A stretch of 63,618 bases of DNA, counting the filler, from a bacterium (GTDB lineage: Bacteria; JALSQH01): NCBI GenBank assembly GCA_026985515.1. It is 11 parts of 11 records of this genome, joined end to end, with 100 filler letters (N's around TTAATTAATTAA, not from the genome) between each part and the next. Parts side by side here need not be neighbours in the genome. Positions count along the whole stretch, not along the records: positions 38,418 to 45,134 come from JALSQH010000136.1; positions 45,235 to 48,156 come from JALSQH010000138.1; positions 48,257 to 57,804 come from JALSQH010000139.1; 8 more parts are not named here. One strand, written 5' to 3'. Made by a program: the position numbers and the translations under genes. Below are positions 42,859 through 53,463 of the stretch, one piece after another; position 1 is the first letter of the stretch; each line of letters starts with the position of its first letter. The notes under the pieces were generated by a model. It did not search any database. It was not told where the DNA came from and saw only the letters and a list, made by a program, of their open reading frames with translations.

Positions 42859-44832
42859 ATGAAAAGACAGATAGGTATTGACACAGGTGGAACTTTTACA
42901 GATTTCGTAATTTTTGAAGGCAACAGTATCAATATTCACAAGAGACTCTCCACTCCCCATAATCCTTCACAGGCTGTCATTGAAGGTTTAAAGGAGGCAG
43001 GATACTACCCCCCTGCAAATGTGGAAAAACTTGTAATTGGTGCCACAGTTGCAACAAATGCCTTTCTTGAAAGGAAGGGGGGGAAAGTCCTTCTACTGAT
43101 CACAGAAGGGTTTGAAGGTGTACCTTTCATCGGGAGGCAGAATCGCCTTGAACTCTACAACCTCCACTACAGAAGACCACCGCATATTCTGGAACCTGAA
43201 AATGTAATCGGGGTAAGGGAGAGAACAGGGAGTAAAGGTGAAATCATAACACCCCTCTCAGAGGAAGAAATCAGCAGAGTGGTGTCAATTGTAAAAGAGA
43301 AACAACCTGACGCGGTGGCAATTTCTTTTCTCTTCTCATTTTTGAATCCATTACATGAGCAGAAGCTGGCAGAAGTTCTCAGAAATGAAGGATTCTTTGT
43401 AACAGCGTCACATGAGATCTTTCCTGAGTACAGAGAATATGAAAGGACGGCAATAACCATCATAAACTCCTATCTTTTTCCTGTTGTAAAGGAATATGTT
43501 GGAAAAATTGAGAAAAAACTCGGAAAGGATTTCCTCATAATGGGTTCCTCAGGTGGTAACATTCCACCAGATTATGCAATCAACTACCCTGTTAATATGA
43601 TTCTTTCTGGACCTGCAGGTGGGGTCGTAGCGGTCAGGGTGCTTGGAGAACTCACAGGGGTAAAAAAACTGCTTTCCTTTGACATGGGTGGAACATCCAC
43701 AGATGTTTCCATTGTTTCAGGAGAAATACTGCGGCAGAAAGAGACAATGATAGATGGTTTTCCCTTTCCACTTCCTCTCATTTATCTTGACACGATAGGC
43801 ACAGGTGGTGGATCCATTGCCAGAATAGATGAAGGAGGAGCCCTCAAGGTGGGTCCCGAAAGTGCCGGTGCAGACCCGGGCCCAATCTGTTACGGGAGAG
43901 GTGGGAAAAATTTAACAATAACAGATGCAAATCTATTCCTTGGAAGAATAAACCCCAATTTCTTTTTAGGCGGTAAAATGAAACTTGACACTGAGGGTAC
44001 AAAAAGGGCTTTTGAACAATTCTCCGCAGAATGGGGAATCACACCTTTAAAACTTGCAGAGGGAATAATTGAAGTTGCAAATACCGGGATAGCAAGAGCC
44101 CTGAGAAAGATAGCCACATCAAAGGGATTTGATCCCTCTGAATTTCACATAGTCTCCTTTGGTGGAGCAGGTGGTCTCCATGTTTGTGATCTTGCTGAGA
44201 AACTGGACATAGATCACTTCATCTCTCCCAGATACTCCGGGGTATTCTCGGCACTCGGGGTTGTCTGGTCAGACATAGTTTTTGAAGAGGTAAAATCACT
44301 CCTCATAAGGGAAAGGGATTTTCAGTCAAAATTGTTAGAAGAAGTCGCCCTGGAACTGGAGAAAAAAATTATGGATAGGGCAAATTCCACACCTCTCTTT
44401 CAGAGAAAACTATATGTAAGATATGTCGGACAATCCTACGAACTGGCAATAGACTACAGCAACTCTATTGCAGAAATAAAGGATAAATTCGAAAAACAGC
44501 ACAAACAGATTTTCACCTACACATTTCCCGGTAATGAAATAGAAATCGTGAGCATTGAAGTAAAAGGAATTATACCCTCTGGAGAAAAATTTTTACCTCA
44601 TATTGAATGCAAAAAAGATTTATCCAGTGAAGAATTTCATCTTGGTGAATCAGAGGGATACTACAGAGGAGAGAAGATAAAATTCAATCTGTACAACAGG
44701 GAGAAAATGCCCTGTGGAGTCACAATTAAAGGTCCAGCCCTTCTCTTTGAAAACACATCAACCCTCTTCATAGCCCCGGGATGGTACGGAGAAGTTGATC
44801 AGTATGGAAATGTAATGGGGAGGAAAGAGTAA
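42859..44832 (+). CDS. Hydantoinase/oxoprolinase subunit A
   Basis: GIDTGGTFTD, TVATNA.LER, REYER, SGPAGG, DMGGTSTDV, GPESAGADPGP and FGGAG. Confidence 0.93.
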   Translation: MKRQIGIDTGGTFTDFVIFEGNSINIHKRLSTPHNPSQAVIEGLKEAGYYPPANVEKLVIGATVATNAFLERKGGKVLLLITEGFEGVPFIGRQNRLELYNLHYRRPPHILEPENVIGVRERTGSKGEIITPLSEEEISRVVSIVKEKQPDAVAISFLFSFLNPLHEQKLAEVLRNEGFFVTASHEIFPEYREYERTAITIINSYLFPVVKEYVGKIEKKLGKDFLIMGSSGGNIPPDYAINYPVNMILSGPAGGVVAVRVLGELTGVKKLLSFDMGGTSTDVSIVSGEILRQKETMIDGFPFPLPLIYLDTIGTGGGSIARIDEGGALKVGPESAGADPGPICYGRGGKNLTITDANLFLGRINPNFFLGGKMKLDTEGTKRAFEQFSAEWGITPLKLAEGIIEVANTGIARALRKIATSKGFDPSEFHIVSFGGAGGLHVCDLAEKLDIDHFISPRYSGVFSALGVVWSDIVFEEVKSLLIRERDFQSKLLEEVALELEKKIMDRANSTPLFQRKLYVRYVGQSYELAIDYSNSIAEIKDKFEKQHKQIFTYTFPGNEIEIVSIEVKGIIPSGEKFLPHIECKKDLSSEEFHLGESEGYYRGEKIKFNLYNREKMPCGVTIKGPALLFENTSTLFIAPGWYGEVDQYGNVMGRKE

Positions 44833-44834
44833 AC

Positions 44835-44902
44835 TTGTTCCCTGTAATTATTTGCAGTATAATGCAAATAAATATGTAATTATTTGCAGTCAGGTGCAAA
44901 AA
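44835..44902 (+). promoter_or_regulatory. Sigma70 promoter overlapped by tandem palindromic operators
   Basis: TTGTTC-17-TATAAT (44835-44863); TATTTGCA-N6-TGCAAATA (44849-44870) and TATTTGCA-N6-TGCAAAAA (44881-44902). Confidence 0.6.
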
Positions 44903-44966
44903 AATGAGAAACGACACTCAAGTTTGGTCGAGCAAAAAGGGGTGGTAACATCCTGAGGAGTTTTGC

Positions 44967-45134
44967 ATGGTGCTTGATCCGATCAGGCTTGAAATATTCA
45001 ACCAGATCCTTTCATCCATTGCAGAGGAGATGGGGGAGCTTCTTGGCAGAACAGCCTTTTCTCCAAACATAAAGGAGAGGAAAGACTATTCATGCGCCAT
45101 TTTCAATCACAGAGGGGAACTCATTGCTCAGGCT
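44967..45134 (+). CDS. Hydantoinase/oxoprolinase subunit B (3'-truncated)
   Basis: DPIRLEIF..SIAEEMG..RTAFSPNIKERKDYSCAIF. Confidence 0.92.
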
Positions 45135-45234
45135 NNNNNNNNNNNNNNNNNNNNNNNNNNNNNNNNNNNNNNNNNNNNTTAATTAATTAANNNNNNNNNN
45201 NNNNNNNNNNNNNNNNNNNNNNNNNNNNNNNNNN
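45135..45234. other. Artificial linker
   Basis: N44-TTAATTAATTAA-N44. Confidence 0.99.
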
Positions 45235-45756
45235 GCAGATTTTATCCTTTATATGGAAAAGCAGAAAGCTTATATCAAAGCGATAAACATAAATTCTGAA
45301 AACAGAGGGATAAAATTCCTCACACCTCCAACAGCTGTTGATAAAAACACCTTGATTTCGTTTAACTGGACAGATGAATCTAACCTCTTTGCCAACCCGA
45401 CCTACGATATTGAGGTAAGGGTCTTTTCCACACCTTCATCTTGTGTTACTGATCTCTATTCACAACCGATAACCCCGTTTACCTGGTCAAAGCCTTTTAA
45501 GTTCTTCTATTCTTCCGGTACTCTTCCATATCCAACTTCAAACATTCAGCCACCTTATCCCCTGTACGACAAAATTGCTAACAATGCTCCTTTAAAATTT
45601 GAAACATACGATGGAAGCAAAAAGGACTTCCACTTCAATCCCTACTGCCTCTACATGGTAAAGGTATGGATTCACAGCGATGATCAAGCCTACAACGAAA
45701 AATACAGAAATGAAGGACCTTACGGAATCCTGTATCTTGTTGGAAATAAAAGGTAA
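45235..45756 (+). CDS. Hypothetical protein C-terminus (5'-truncated; beta-rich, probably extracellular)
   Basis: Frame is open from the linker to the stop codon; no recognised motif. Confidence 0.55.
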   Translation, partial: ADFILYMEKQKAYIKAININSENRGIKFLTPPTAVDKNTLISFNWTDESNLFANPTYDIEVRVFSTPSSCVTDLYSQPITPFTWSKPFKFFYSSGTLPYPTSNIQPPYPLYDKIANNAPLKFETYDGSKKDFHFNPYCLYMVKVWIHSDDQAYNEKYRNEGPYGILYLVGNKR

Positions 45757-45774
45757 ACTGAAATGTCAGAAGGC

Positions 45775-45803
45775 TTGATAGAAAAATGTAAACATGCTAT
45801 CAT
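45775..45803 (+). promoter_or_regulatory. tRNA-Val promoter
   Basis: TTGATA-17-TATCAT with TG extended -10, ending 10 nt before the tRNA. Confidence 0.6.
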
Positions 45804-45813
45804 TTATTCAGGT

Positions 45814-45888
45814 GGGCGATTAACTCAGTGGGAGAGTGCCACCTTCACACGGTGGAAGTCGCAGGTTCGAATCCTGCATCGCCCACCA
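45814..45888 (+). tRNA. tRNA-Val(CAC)
   Basis: GGGCGAT/ATCGCCC acceptor stem, CCACC-TT-CAC-AC-GGTGG anticodon arm, GGTTCGAATCC and CCA end. Confidence 0.97.
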
Positions 45889-45892
45889 TTTT

Positions 45893-46219
45893 TTATTCCC
45901 ATTTAATTTTAGAGATAAAACTGATAACTTTAGTGGGACATTTTACCCCACAGATTCTACAATCAGGGTCACAGGCCATCGGGTTTGTTACAACAGGGTA
46001 ACCGTTTTTGATTTCAAATACATTTTTGGGGCATAACTTCACACATACCATGCATTTTATACAGCCATCGTAATTTATCTCCGGGTAAAAAACCCTCACA
46101 GGACCACCAGATTTTTTCTCAGCTCTGCTATTTTTTGTCACTTCTTCCCTCTCCTTCTTTTGAAGCATCTCCTTCATTTTTTTCAACATGGCTTTCTCCC
46201 TTCCCTTTTTCTTTAACAT
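45893..46219 (-). CDS. 4Fe-4S dicluster ferredoxin
   Basis: CIKCMVCVKLCP and CDPDCRICGVKCP. Start uncertain (ATG 46219 or a downstream start such as GTG 46099). Confidence 0.8.
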   Translation of the reverse strand: MLKKKGREKAMLKKMKEMLQKKEREEVTKNSRAEKKSGGPVRVFYPEINYDGCIKCMVCVKLCPKNVFEIKNGYPVVTNPMACDPDCRICGVKCPTKVISFISKIKWE

Positions 46220-46526
46220 ACTTTTTTCTCCGCTCCATCTCAATTTCCCTGATTAGCTGATTAATCTGATCTGCATAAACATAATCGGTAACTTCCATAT
46301 CAATTTCCCTTATCGTTTCATCCTGTGCCACTGCGTAGTAAACTTCAAGAGCAAGCTTATGACCAATGGGACAGTTTGGAACGGTGGGTTTAAACTTGAA
46401 ACTCACTCTCATATTTTCTTCATCTACATCCAGGTCATAAACCAGGCCAAGAGAGATAACATCCATATTAACTTCCGGATCTATCACCCTGCTCCATCGG
46501 TATATCAGCTCATGCGCTATACTCAC
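46128..46526 (-). CDS. DUF59/SufT-type Fe-S assembly factor
   Basis: [18 protein letters not shown] and PTVPNCP. Confidence 0.85.
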   Translation of the reverse strand: MSIAHELIYRWSRVIDPEVNMDVISLGLVYDLDVDEENMRVSFKFKPTVPNCPIGHKLALEVYYAVAQDETIREIDMEVTDYVYADQINQLIREIEMERRKKYVKEKGKGESHVEKNEGDASKEGEGRSDKK

Positions 46527-47403
46527 CCGTCACCTCCAGAAGAAGGGAATAGGCTCTGTCCCATATTTCCCTGATAATTTCAGAAAGCTCACAATCACAA
46601 TATTCTGGTATAGATTTTCTGTTTACCACAGCCTCAACAGCTCTCCTGTCAAATGGTATTTTACCTAAAAGTGGTATGCCTTTTTTCTCGCAGTAACTTT
46701 CAATTTCACCTGCAACTTCTTCGTTAATATCATACTTATTTATAACCACCGCAGGCTTGACCCTGAAGTGCTCTATTACTTCAATCACCCTTTCAAGATC
46801 ATGCTTTCCAGAAAGTGTGGGTTCCGTAACAACTACTGCAAGGTTTGTACCGGTAATAGCTGATGTAACAGGACATCCTGTTCCAGGGGGACCATCAATT
46901 ATTATGAAATCTTTGTTTTTTGTTCCCGAAGTTATTTTTGCAAATTGCCTGACCAGAGAAACCAGTTGCCCGGAATTTTCCTCTCCAGGAAAAAGTCTTG
47001 CATGTATCAGTGGACCATACCTGCTTTCTGAAAGATACAGTTCACCCGCCTGAGTTTCCACCATTTCAATGGCATCCACTGGACAAACAATTTTACAAAC
47101 ACCACAGCCTTCACACTTTATTGGATTAATTACATTCACATCTGTGATGGCATCAAATCTGCACTCAGGTTCACATACCCCGCACATTATACACTTATCC
47201 TCAATTACCCTCGCCTTTTTTCTTCCGGGAAATGGTCTTACCTGCTTTATCTCAGGTTGAAGAATGAGATGCATATCGGAGGCATCCACATCACAATCAG
47301 CTATAATCTTATTTTCAGCAAGATAGGCAAAGGATGCCGTTAAAGTGGTTTTCCCCGTACCACCCTTTCCACTGACAATTACCATCTCCTTCAGCATTTT
47401 CAC
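46510..47403 (-). CDS. MinD-family P-loop ATPase with inserted ferredoxin domain
   Basis: [16 protein letters not shown], two CxxCxxCxxxC motifs, [15 protein letters not shown] and [11 protein letters not shown]. Confidence 0.92.
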   Translation of the reverse strand: MKMLKEMVIVSGKGGTGKTTLTASFAYLAENKIIADCDVDASDMHLILQPEIKQVRPFPGRKKARVIEDKCIMCGVCEPECRFDAITDVNVINPIKCEGCGVCKIVCPVDAIEMVETQAGELYLSESRYGPLIHARLFPGEENSGQLVSLVRQFAKITSGTKNKDFIIIDGPPGTGCPVTSAITGTNLAVVVTEPTLSGKHDLERVIEVIEHFRVKPAVVINKYDINEEVAGEIESYCEKKGIPLLGKIPFDRRAVEAVVNRKSIPEYCDCELSEIIREIWDRAYSLLLEVTGEYSA

Positions 47404-48155
47404 ACTCTCTTTTCAGGTACAAGTTTCACTATTTTTTCATACAGTTCCTTAAATCTGCTCCTGTACTCCGGAATAGCTTCAACAATGGGGATTCCCCTTG
47501 AATATGCCTCTGCTATTCTTCTATCAAAGGGTGTTTCCATTAAAATGGGGATGCCCTCAGATTCAGCATAATCCCACAATTCCCTGTCTCCCAGATCTGA
47601 TCTGTTGACAACTATTCCCATGGGGACTCCCAGTCTCTTAACAGTATCAACGGCTAACTTCAGATCATGCATTCCAAAGGGGGTTGGTTCTGTGACAAGA
47701 ATGGCAAAATCGGTATCAATCACCGCCTCAACCATGGCGTCAGAATTGCCGGGTGGAGCATCAATGATAACCGTTCCGCTATCTGGAATTCTCTTCTTCA
47801 GCTGGGCTATGACAGGAGTGGGCATAGGCTCTCCCAGATTCAGCTTTCCATGAACAAAATGAATCCCATTTTTTGCCGTTCCCTCTTCAAGGACTGCAGT
47901 CTGATGAAGAACCATTGTAATTGCATCTTTGTGAGGTTTACACACAATCTGACACGCGTAACATCCATGGCACAATTCATCAAAAATCATTAATTTTTTT
48001 CTTGCAACCAGAATTGCACTGAATTCACAGGCATCTGCACACATTCCACAGTAGTCACATTTATTGAAGTCAACTCGCGGCACCATGATACCCAGTGGTT
48101 CGGTATGCTCAAAAACAGGTTTCAAAAAAATATGTCCGTTGGGTTCCTCAACATC
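47400..48155 (-). CDS. Second MinD-family ATPase with inserted ferredoxin domain (5'-truncated)
   Basis: [38 protein letters not shown] and [11 protein letters not shown]. Confidence 0.9.
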   Translation of the reverse strand, partial: DVEEPNGHIFLKPVFEHTEPLGIMVPRVDFNKCDYCGMCADACEFSAILVARKKLMIFDELCHGCYACQIVCKPHKDAITMVLHQTAVLEEGTAKNGIHFVHGKLNLGEPMPTPVIAQLKKRIPDSGTVIIDAPPGNSDAMVEAVIDTDFAILVTEPTPFGMHDLKLAVDTVKRLGVPMGIVVNRSDLGDRELWDYAESEGIPILMETPFDRRIAEAYSRGIPIVEAIPEYRSRFKELYEKIVKLVPEKRV

Positions 48156-48156
48156 A

Positions 48157-48256
48157 NNNNNNNNNNNNNNNNNNNNNNNNNNNNNNNNNNNNNNNNNNNN
48201 TTAATTAATTAANNNNNNNNNNNNNNNNNNNNNNNNNNNNNNNNNNNNNNNNNNNN
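48157..48256. other. Artificial linker
   Basis: N44-TTAATTAATTAA-N44. Confidence 0.99.
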
Positions 48257-48271
48257 CAGTTGTGTCAATAC

Positions 48272-49165
48272 CTATTTAAAAAGTTTGAGAATTTCATAGT
48301 AATAGTAAGTCTTCACAAAGTAATATGTGATGGGAACGTTGAACATAAGACTATCGAGTCTGTCAAGTACACCTCCATGTCCGGGAAAAATATTCCCTGA
48401 GTCTTTAATGTCAACATCCCTTTTAAGTAAAGATTCTGATAGATCTCCAAGTATTCCAAAAATTCCCAGAAGCAGTCCGAGAATACCTATATACAGAGCA
48501 TCCATTTTGATTCCCATGATATATTTTGTCAGTAGTGCCACAATTATTGAGGAAATTACCCCTGCGATTGCCCCTTCCCAGGTTTTTTTTGGGCTGACAA
48601 CCGGGGCAAGTTTGTGTCTTCCCCATGTTTTACCAACAAAATATGCTGCAGTATCTGCAAGAAATGTTGTTGCCACCACCAGTATCACATAGGCAAGCCC
48701 CATATAATCCGGTCTGGTGATCAGATCCGCGATTTTCTGAACAACAATCCCATATTTTCCCACAAGCTCATTTCCTATGTTTCTGAGAAGAATCGCATGT
48801 GATATCAGCCACGCCACATACACAATGCTTACAATTGTGGATGAAATTGTTGAAATGGCAGTTTTAACATCTCTCCTGTAGAGTTGCATGATAAAAATAA
48901 AAAGGATTGCCATTGTCAGAAAGAGGTTCAGGTAGTATTCATTGCTGAAGTGTGCCACAACCACCAGAAATGTGGCAAGGGTGTAGCCGGTGATTTTCAT
49001 CGGAGTGACACCTTTTATTTCCACGATTCTGTAAAATTCACTCTGACCAACAAGAACGAGAAAAAGAATAAGCAGTGAAAACCATACGCCACCAAGTATG
49101 AGAAGAATTAATGCAATGGGAAGAGCAACAATTGCCGTCATAACTCTCTGTTTCAGGTCACCCAT
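48272..49165 (-). CDS. cdsA: Phosphatidate cytidylyltransferase
   Basis: DTAAYFVG..G.HKLAP.VSPKKTWEG and GDLSES.LKR..IKDSG..FPGHGG.LDR.DS. Confidence 0.96.
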   Translation of the reverse strand: MGDLKQRVMTAIVALPIALILLILGGVWFSLLILFLVLVGQSEFYRIVEIKGVTPMKITGYTLATFLVVVAHFSNEYYLNLFLTMAILFIFIMQLYRRDVKTAISTISSTIVSIVYVAWLISHAILLRNIGNELVGKYGIVVQKIADLITRPDYMGLAYVILVVATTFLADTAAYFVGKTWGRHKLAPVVSPKKTWEGAIAGVISSIIVALLTKYIMGIKMDALYIGILGLLLGIFGILGDLSESLLKRDVDIKDSGNIFPGHGGVLDRLDSLMFNVPITYYFVKTYYYYEILKLFK

Positions 49166-49589
49166 TTTTTCCTCCGGAAAGATATATTATTTTTTTACCG
49201 GTTCTGTAGGAAATTTCTTCAATCAGAGCATTCAGCGATCTATCACTGTGAGCATCTTTACATGAGGCATCGGGATCTGCAAAGAGGAAGTTTTTATATG
49301 AGAGTTTTCTTATTGCATTTTCCGCCCTGAGCAGAAATTCTTTTTGCGAATCTTTATTTTTTACAAGGAGAATTCCTTTTGCCCCTTTTTTATGATTAAG
49401 GGGAATGAGGAGATGTTTGAAAGGCCACGATTTCTCTACGGAAAAGGTGAGGAGGCCATTGAGGTTTAAATCAAGGCAGAAGAGAAAATTTCTCCTGATA
49501 TCTTCCACGTAGTTGATGGAAGAAACGATTATATCAATGTCAAGAAGTTCTGGATAGAAAAGGTGCGGGTGGGGGAATTCACCAGGCAT
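49158..49589 (-). CDS. Hypothetical protein
   Basis: ORF overlapping both the nusB stop and the cdsA start; AAGGAGG RBS. Confidence 0.6.
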   Translation of the reverse strand: MPGEFPHPHLFYPELLDIDIIVSSINYVEDIRRNFLFCLDLNLNGLLTFSVEKSWPFKHLLIPLNHKKGAKGILLVKNKDSQKEFLLRAENAIRKLSYKNFLFADPDASCKDAHSDRSLNALIEEISYRTGKKIIYLSGGKNG

Positions 49590-49996
49590 TATCCCTCCTT
49601 AAGAACACCGTCAAGTACTCCATTCACAAATTTTCCCGCATCCCGTGATACATACTTTTTTGCAATTTCAATTGCCTCATCAATGGCCACTTTTGGAGGA
49701 ACATCCGGTGAAAAGAGAAGTTCAGCAATGGCGATTCTCAGAATGTTTCTTTCGAGAATGCCGAGCCTCTCAAATTTCCAGTTTTTTACTCTTTTTTTTA
49801 TTTTTTCATCGATAAGTGATCTGTTTTCAAGAATTGTCTCAATGAGAAAGAGAAGGTAATCTTTTATCTTTTCGAAGTCACTTATATTTCCGTAGGAAAT
49901 TTCTTCTTCGAGGGCCTTCCTTTCCCACCTGTCTAAAAGATCCATCTTGTAGAGGATCTTGAGCGCCTCTTCTCTTGCCCGCCTTCTTTCTCTCAT
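49589..49996 (-). CDS. nusB: Transcription antitermination factor NusB
   Basis: [29 protein letters not shown] and FVNGVLD. Confidence 0.96.
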   Translation of the reverse strand: MRERRRAREEALKILYKMDLLDRWERKALEEEISYGNISDFEKIKDYLLFLIETILENRSLIDEKIKKRVKNWKFERLGILERNILRIAIAELLFSPDVPPKVAIDEAIEIAKKYVSRDAGKFVNGVLDGVLKEG

Positions 49997-50457
49997 TTTA
50001 TGTTTCTCAGAAGATTTGCCATTTCAATCGCTGATAGAGCAGCATCGAATCCCTTGTTGCCCATCTTGGTGCCGGCTCTTTCAATGGCCTGCTCAATTGT
50101 ATCTGTGGTGAGAACTCCAAATGAAATTGGAACCCCTGTCTGCAACATGGTATTTGCAATTCCCTTGGTTGTTTCTGCAGCAATATACTCAAAATGGGGG
50201 GTTCCGCCCCGTATAATGGCAGATAAACAGATTATGGCATCATATTTTCCTTTTTCAGCCAGTTTTTTTGCGACAAGGGGAATCTCAAAGGAGCCCGGAG
50301 TCCAGAATATTTCAACATCTTCTTCTTTTCCCCCATGTCTTTTTATGGCATCCATGGCGCCTTCGAGAAGTGCCCGGGTGATGAAATTATTGAATCTGGA
50401 AACAACAATTGCAAGTTTAAGACCCGATGCATCAAGTTTGCCCTCATAAATTTTCAT
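49993..50457 (-). CDS. ribH: 6,7-dimethyl-8-ribityllumazine synthase
   Basis: [22 protein letters not shown] and [10 protein letters not shown]. Confidence 0.97.
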   Translation of the reverse strand: MKIYEGKLDASGLKLAIVVSRFNNFITRALLEGAMDAIKRHGGKEEDVEIFWTPGSFEIPLVAKKLAEKGKYDAIICLSAIIRGGTPHFEYIAAETTKGIANTMLQTGVPISFGVLTTDTIEQAIERAGTKMGNKGFDAALSAIEMANLLRNIK

Positions 50458-51680
50458 TTTTCCCCCTTTTTAAGCTTTTCTTCAAGGTTGAGAAGGTGTC
50501 CCATTTTTTTCTCTTTGGTTAACAGATAATCTCGATTTACCTCATTTGGTTCTATAACTATGGGAACTCTTTCAACCACCTCAAGTCCATATCCTGACAA
50601 TCCTTTTATTTTCTTTGGATTATTTGTCATCAATCTCATTTTTCTAACTCCCAGATCTTTGAGAATCTGTGCACCCAGACCATAGTCCCTGAGGTCTGCA
50701 CCAAAACCAAGATGATGATTTGCCTCCACAGTGTCGTATCCCTGGTCCTGAAGTGCGTATGCCTTTATTTTGTTGACGAGTCCGATTCCTCTTCCCTCCT
50801 GCCTCATATACACCAGAACCCCTTTTCCCTCCCTTTCTATCATCCTCATGGCGGTGTGAAGTTGATCCCCACAATCGCATCTGAGAGATCCGAAGGTATC
50901 TCCGGTTAGACACTCTGAGTGGACTCTCACCAGTACCGGCTCATCAGGATTTATCTCACCCTTAACAAGGGCAACATGCTCCTTGTCGTCAATGTCGTTG
51001 GTGTAAACGATTATTCTGAAATGCCCGTACTTTGTGGGAAGGTCTGCCTCAGCGGCCCGGTGAACGAGAGATTCATTTCTCAATCTGTATTCAATTATAT
51101 CTGCAACAGTTACTATTTTGAGATTGTGTTTTTCGGCAAATTTTTCAAGATCAGGTCTCCGAGCCATTGTACCATCATCTTTCATTATCTCGCAAATCAC
51201 AGCAGCAGGTTTAAGACCTGCCAGTTTCATCAGATCAACGGATCCTTCTGTCTGACCTGTCCTGACGAGTACTCCTCCTTTTCGTGCAATGAGAGGGAAA
51301 ACATGTCCCGGTCTGACGAAGTCTTCCGGTCTGGAATTCTCATCAACTATTTTTCTGATGGTTACTGATCTATCATACGCTGAAATGCCCGTTGTTATCC
51401 CCTCTCTGGCGTCTACCGAAACGGTGAAGGCTGTGCCGAATCTTGATGTGTTTTCGGGGACCATTGGCTTCAGGTCAAGCCTGTCAGCAATACTCTGATC
51501 CACAGCCACACAGATTAATCCCCTTCCTTCTTTTGCCATGAAATTTATTGCCTCTGGAGTGGCAAACTCTGCTGCTATTACAAGGTCTCCCTCATTTTCC
51601 CTGTCCTCGTCGTCCATCATTATGACCATCTCTCCCCTTCTGACTGCTTCAATTGCTTCTTCTACTGCCTTTATGGACAT
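50454..51680 (-). CDS. ribBA: DHBP synthase/GTP cyclohydrolase II
   Basis: [33 protein letters not shown] and QEGRGIG. Confidence 0.97.
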   Translation of the reverse strand: MSIKAVEEAIEAVRRGEMVIMMDDEDRENEGDLVIAAEFATPEAINFMAKEGRGLICVAVDQSIADRLDLKPMVPENTSRFGTAFTVSVDAREGITTGISAYDRSVTIRKIVDENSRPEDFVRPGHVFPLIARKGGVLVRTGQTEGSVDLMKLAGLKPAAVICEIMKDDGTMARRPDLEKFAEKHNLKIVTVADIIEYRLRNESLVHRAAEADLPTKYGHFRIIVYTNDIDDKEHVALVKGEINPDEPVLVRVHSECLTGDTFGSLRCDCGDQLHTAMRMIEREGKGVLVYMRQEGRGIGLVNKIKAYALQDQGYDTVEANHHLGFGADLRDYGLGAQILKDLGVRKMRLMTNNPKKIKGLSGYGLEVVERVPIVIEPNEVNRDYLLTKEKKMGHLLNLEEKLKKGEK

Positions 51681-51681
51681 T

Positions 51682-52341
51682 TTATCCTCCTCCTTTAAAA
51701 TAGGGGCTGTTTTCAATTATGTTTTTTATTTTTTCGTCGCTTCCCACCATTTTTTCAAGCGTATTTGCCACATACTTGGCAATGATGTCATATTCGATGT
51801 TAACAATGCTTCCGGGAGAGTATGTGTGAAAAATGGTTTTTTCCCATGTGTGGGGAATTATGGTCACTTTGAAGTAGTTAACCCCGGTTTCATTTACGGT
51901 CAGACTAACCCCGTCAACTGCGATGCTTCCCTTTTCCACAACCCATTTCATATGAGAGGGATCGGGAATCTGAACGGTAACCACCCTGCTGTCACCCACT
52001 TCAACGATGGAAATGATTTTTCCTGTTTCATCAACATGGCCCTGAACGATGTGTCCGCCGAAAAAGGAGTCAGGTTTCATGGGCTTCTCAAGGTTGATTT
52101 CATCTCCAGTTTTGAGATACTTCAGGTTGCTTCTGGAGAGCGTCTCAAGAGAGGCGAAGGCGGTGAATCTATCATCATTTACTTCAGTTGCAGTGAGACA
52201 TACTCCATTTATTGCTATGGAGTCGCCGACTTTAACATCTTTTAGAAATTCTTCTCCGGTCCAGATTACCAGCTCTCTGCCCTTTTCACTGTCTCTGGTA
52301 CTTGCTATTTTTCCTGTTTTTTCAACAAGACCTGTGAACAT
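51682..52341 (-). CDS. ribE: Riboflavin synthase
   Basis: [29 protein letters not shown] and [12 protein letters not shown]. Confidence 0.97.
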   Translation of the reverse strand: MFTGLVEKTGKIASTRDSEKGRELVIWTGEEFLKDVKVGDSIAINGVCLTATEVNDDRFTAFASLETLSRSNLKYLKTGDEINLEKPMKPDSFFGGHIVQGHVDETGKIISIVEVGDSRVVTVQIPDPSHMKWVVEKGSIAVDGVSLTVNETGVNYFKVTIIPHTWEKTIFHTYSPGSIVNIEYDIIAKYVANTLEKMVGSDEKIKNIIENSPYFKGGG

Positions 52342-53463
52342 TTATGAAAAAACCTCCCTCAAAATTTCAGGATGAAACAGGTGTAGCTTTACATCACCAT
52401 TTGTGAATCTTTTTACTTTTTCAGTGATAAATCTTTTTGCCTTTTTCATTTCCCCTATGCTGAATGTTGAGCCTATTTTTAAGCAATCTCCCAACATCGC
52501 AGGAGCAAAGTAAATCAGAAGCTCACTGGCAAGGTCGTCCTCAATAACTTTACTTGCTAAAAAAGCACCCCCTTCTATTCCAATTTTTATAATTCCCTCC
52601 TCTGCCAGGATGCTGAAAACTTCCCTTAAATTAATTTTATCCCTGCAGTTATTTATTTCAATAAGTTCATGACCGTTTTGCTTTACCAGATTGAGAAGAC
52701 TCTGATCAGGCTTTGAGCGGTTGCCACAGTAGAAAATTTTAGTTTTTGCAGAGGAATCAAGGATTTTTAGTCCTGCATGGATTCTGAGGTCGGGATCAAT
52801 AATGACTCTGACAGGTTGATGGTTACTTTTTACATATCTTACAGTCAACCGGGGGTCATCTTTCAATACTGTGTTAATTCCCACCATTATTGCGTCTAAA
52901 CCTTTTCTCCACCTGTGAGTATCCTTCCTTGCTTCCTCACCAGTTATCCACTTTGAATCACCTGTAAGAGTTGCCATGCATCCGTCAATGGTCAGAGCTA
53001 CCTTTATAGATATCCACGGGTTTCCTGTTTTAATCCAGTGGATGAAGTGTCTGTTAAGCATCTTCGCTTCTCTTTCCAGGACACCGGTTTTCACTTCAAT
53101 TCCAGCCTTCTTTAACCTTTCAACTCCTCCACTTGCAACAGGATTGGGATCCCTCATTCCAATGACCACCCGCCTGATTCCTGCTCTTATGATCTTTTCT
53201 GTGCATGGGGGTGTTCTTCCATAGTGATTGCAGGGTTCAAGGTTAACATACAGAGCAGCTCCTCTTGCCCGGGATCCTGCTTTTTCAATTGCTATTGCTT
53301 CTGCATGAGGTTCCCCCGCTCTTCTGTGATAACCTGTGGAAATAATTTTTCCATTTTTTACTATGACCGCACCAACATGGGGGTTTGGGGAGGTAGTTCC
53401 TTCACCCTTTCGTGCAAGGGCAAGGGCCCTTTTCATGAAGTATTCATCATTCTTCTCTGGCAC
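52342..53463 (-). CDS. ribD: Riboflavin biosynthesis deaminase/reductase
   Basis: PNPHVGAV, HAE, LEPCNHYGRTPPC, SKWIT and IEGG. Confidence 0.96.
   Translation of the reverse strand: MPEKNDEYFMKRALALARKGEGTTSPNPHVGAVIVKNGKIISTGYHRRAGEPHAEAIAIEKAGSRARGAALYVNLEPCNHYGRTPPCTEKIIRAGIRRVVIGMRDPNPVASGGVERLKKAGIEVKTGVLEREAKMLNRHFIHWIKTGNPWISIKVALTIDGCMATLTGDSKWITGEEARKDTHRWRKGLDAIMVGINTVLKDDPRLTVRYVKSNHQPVRVIIDPDLRIHAGLKILDSSAKTKIFYCGNRSKPDQSLLNLVKQNGHELIEINNCRDKINLREVFSILAEEGIIKIGIEGGAFLASKVIEDDLASELLIYFAPAMLGDCLKIGSTFSIGEMKKAKRFITEKVKRFTNGDVKLHLFHPEILREVFS

Noticed and set aside
45814..45900. tRNA-Val, -Glu or -Lys as island attachment sites
   Set aside because: No integrase or duplicated tRNA 3' end was seen in these segments.
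45836..46036. 66-aa ORF
   Set aside because: It overlaps tRNA-Val and is antisense to the ferredoxin.
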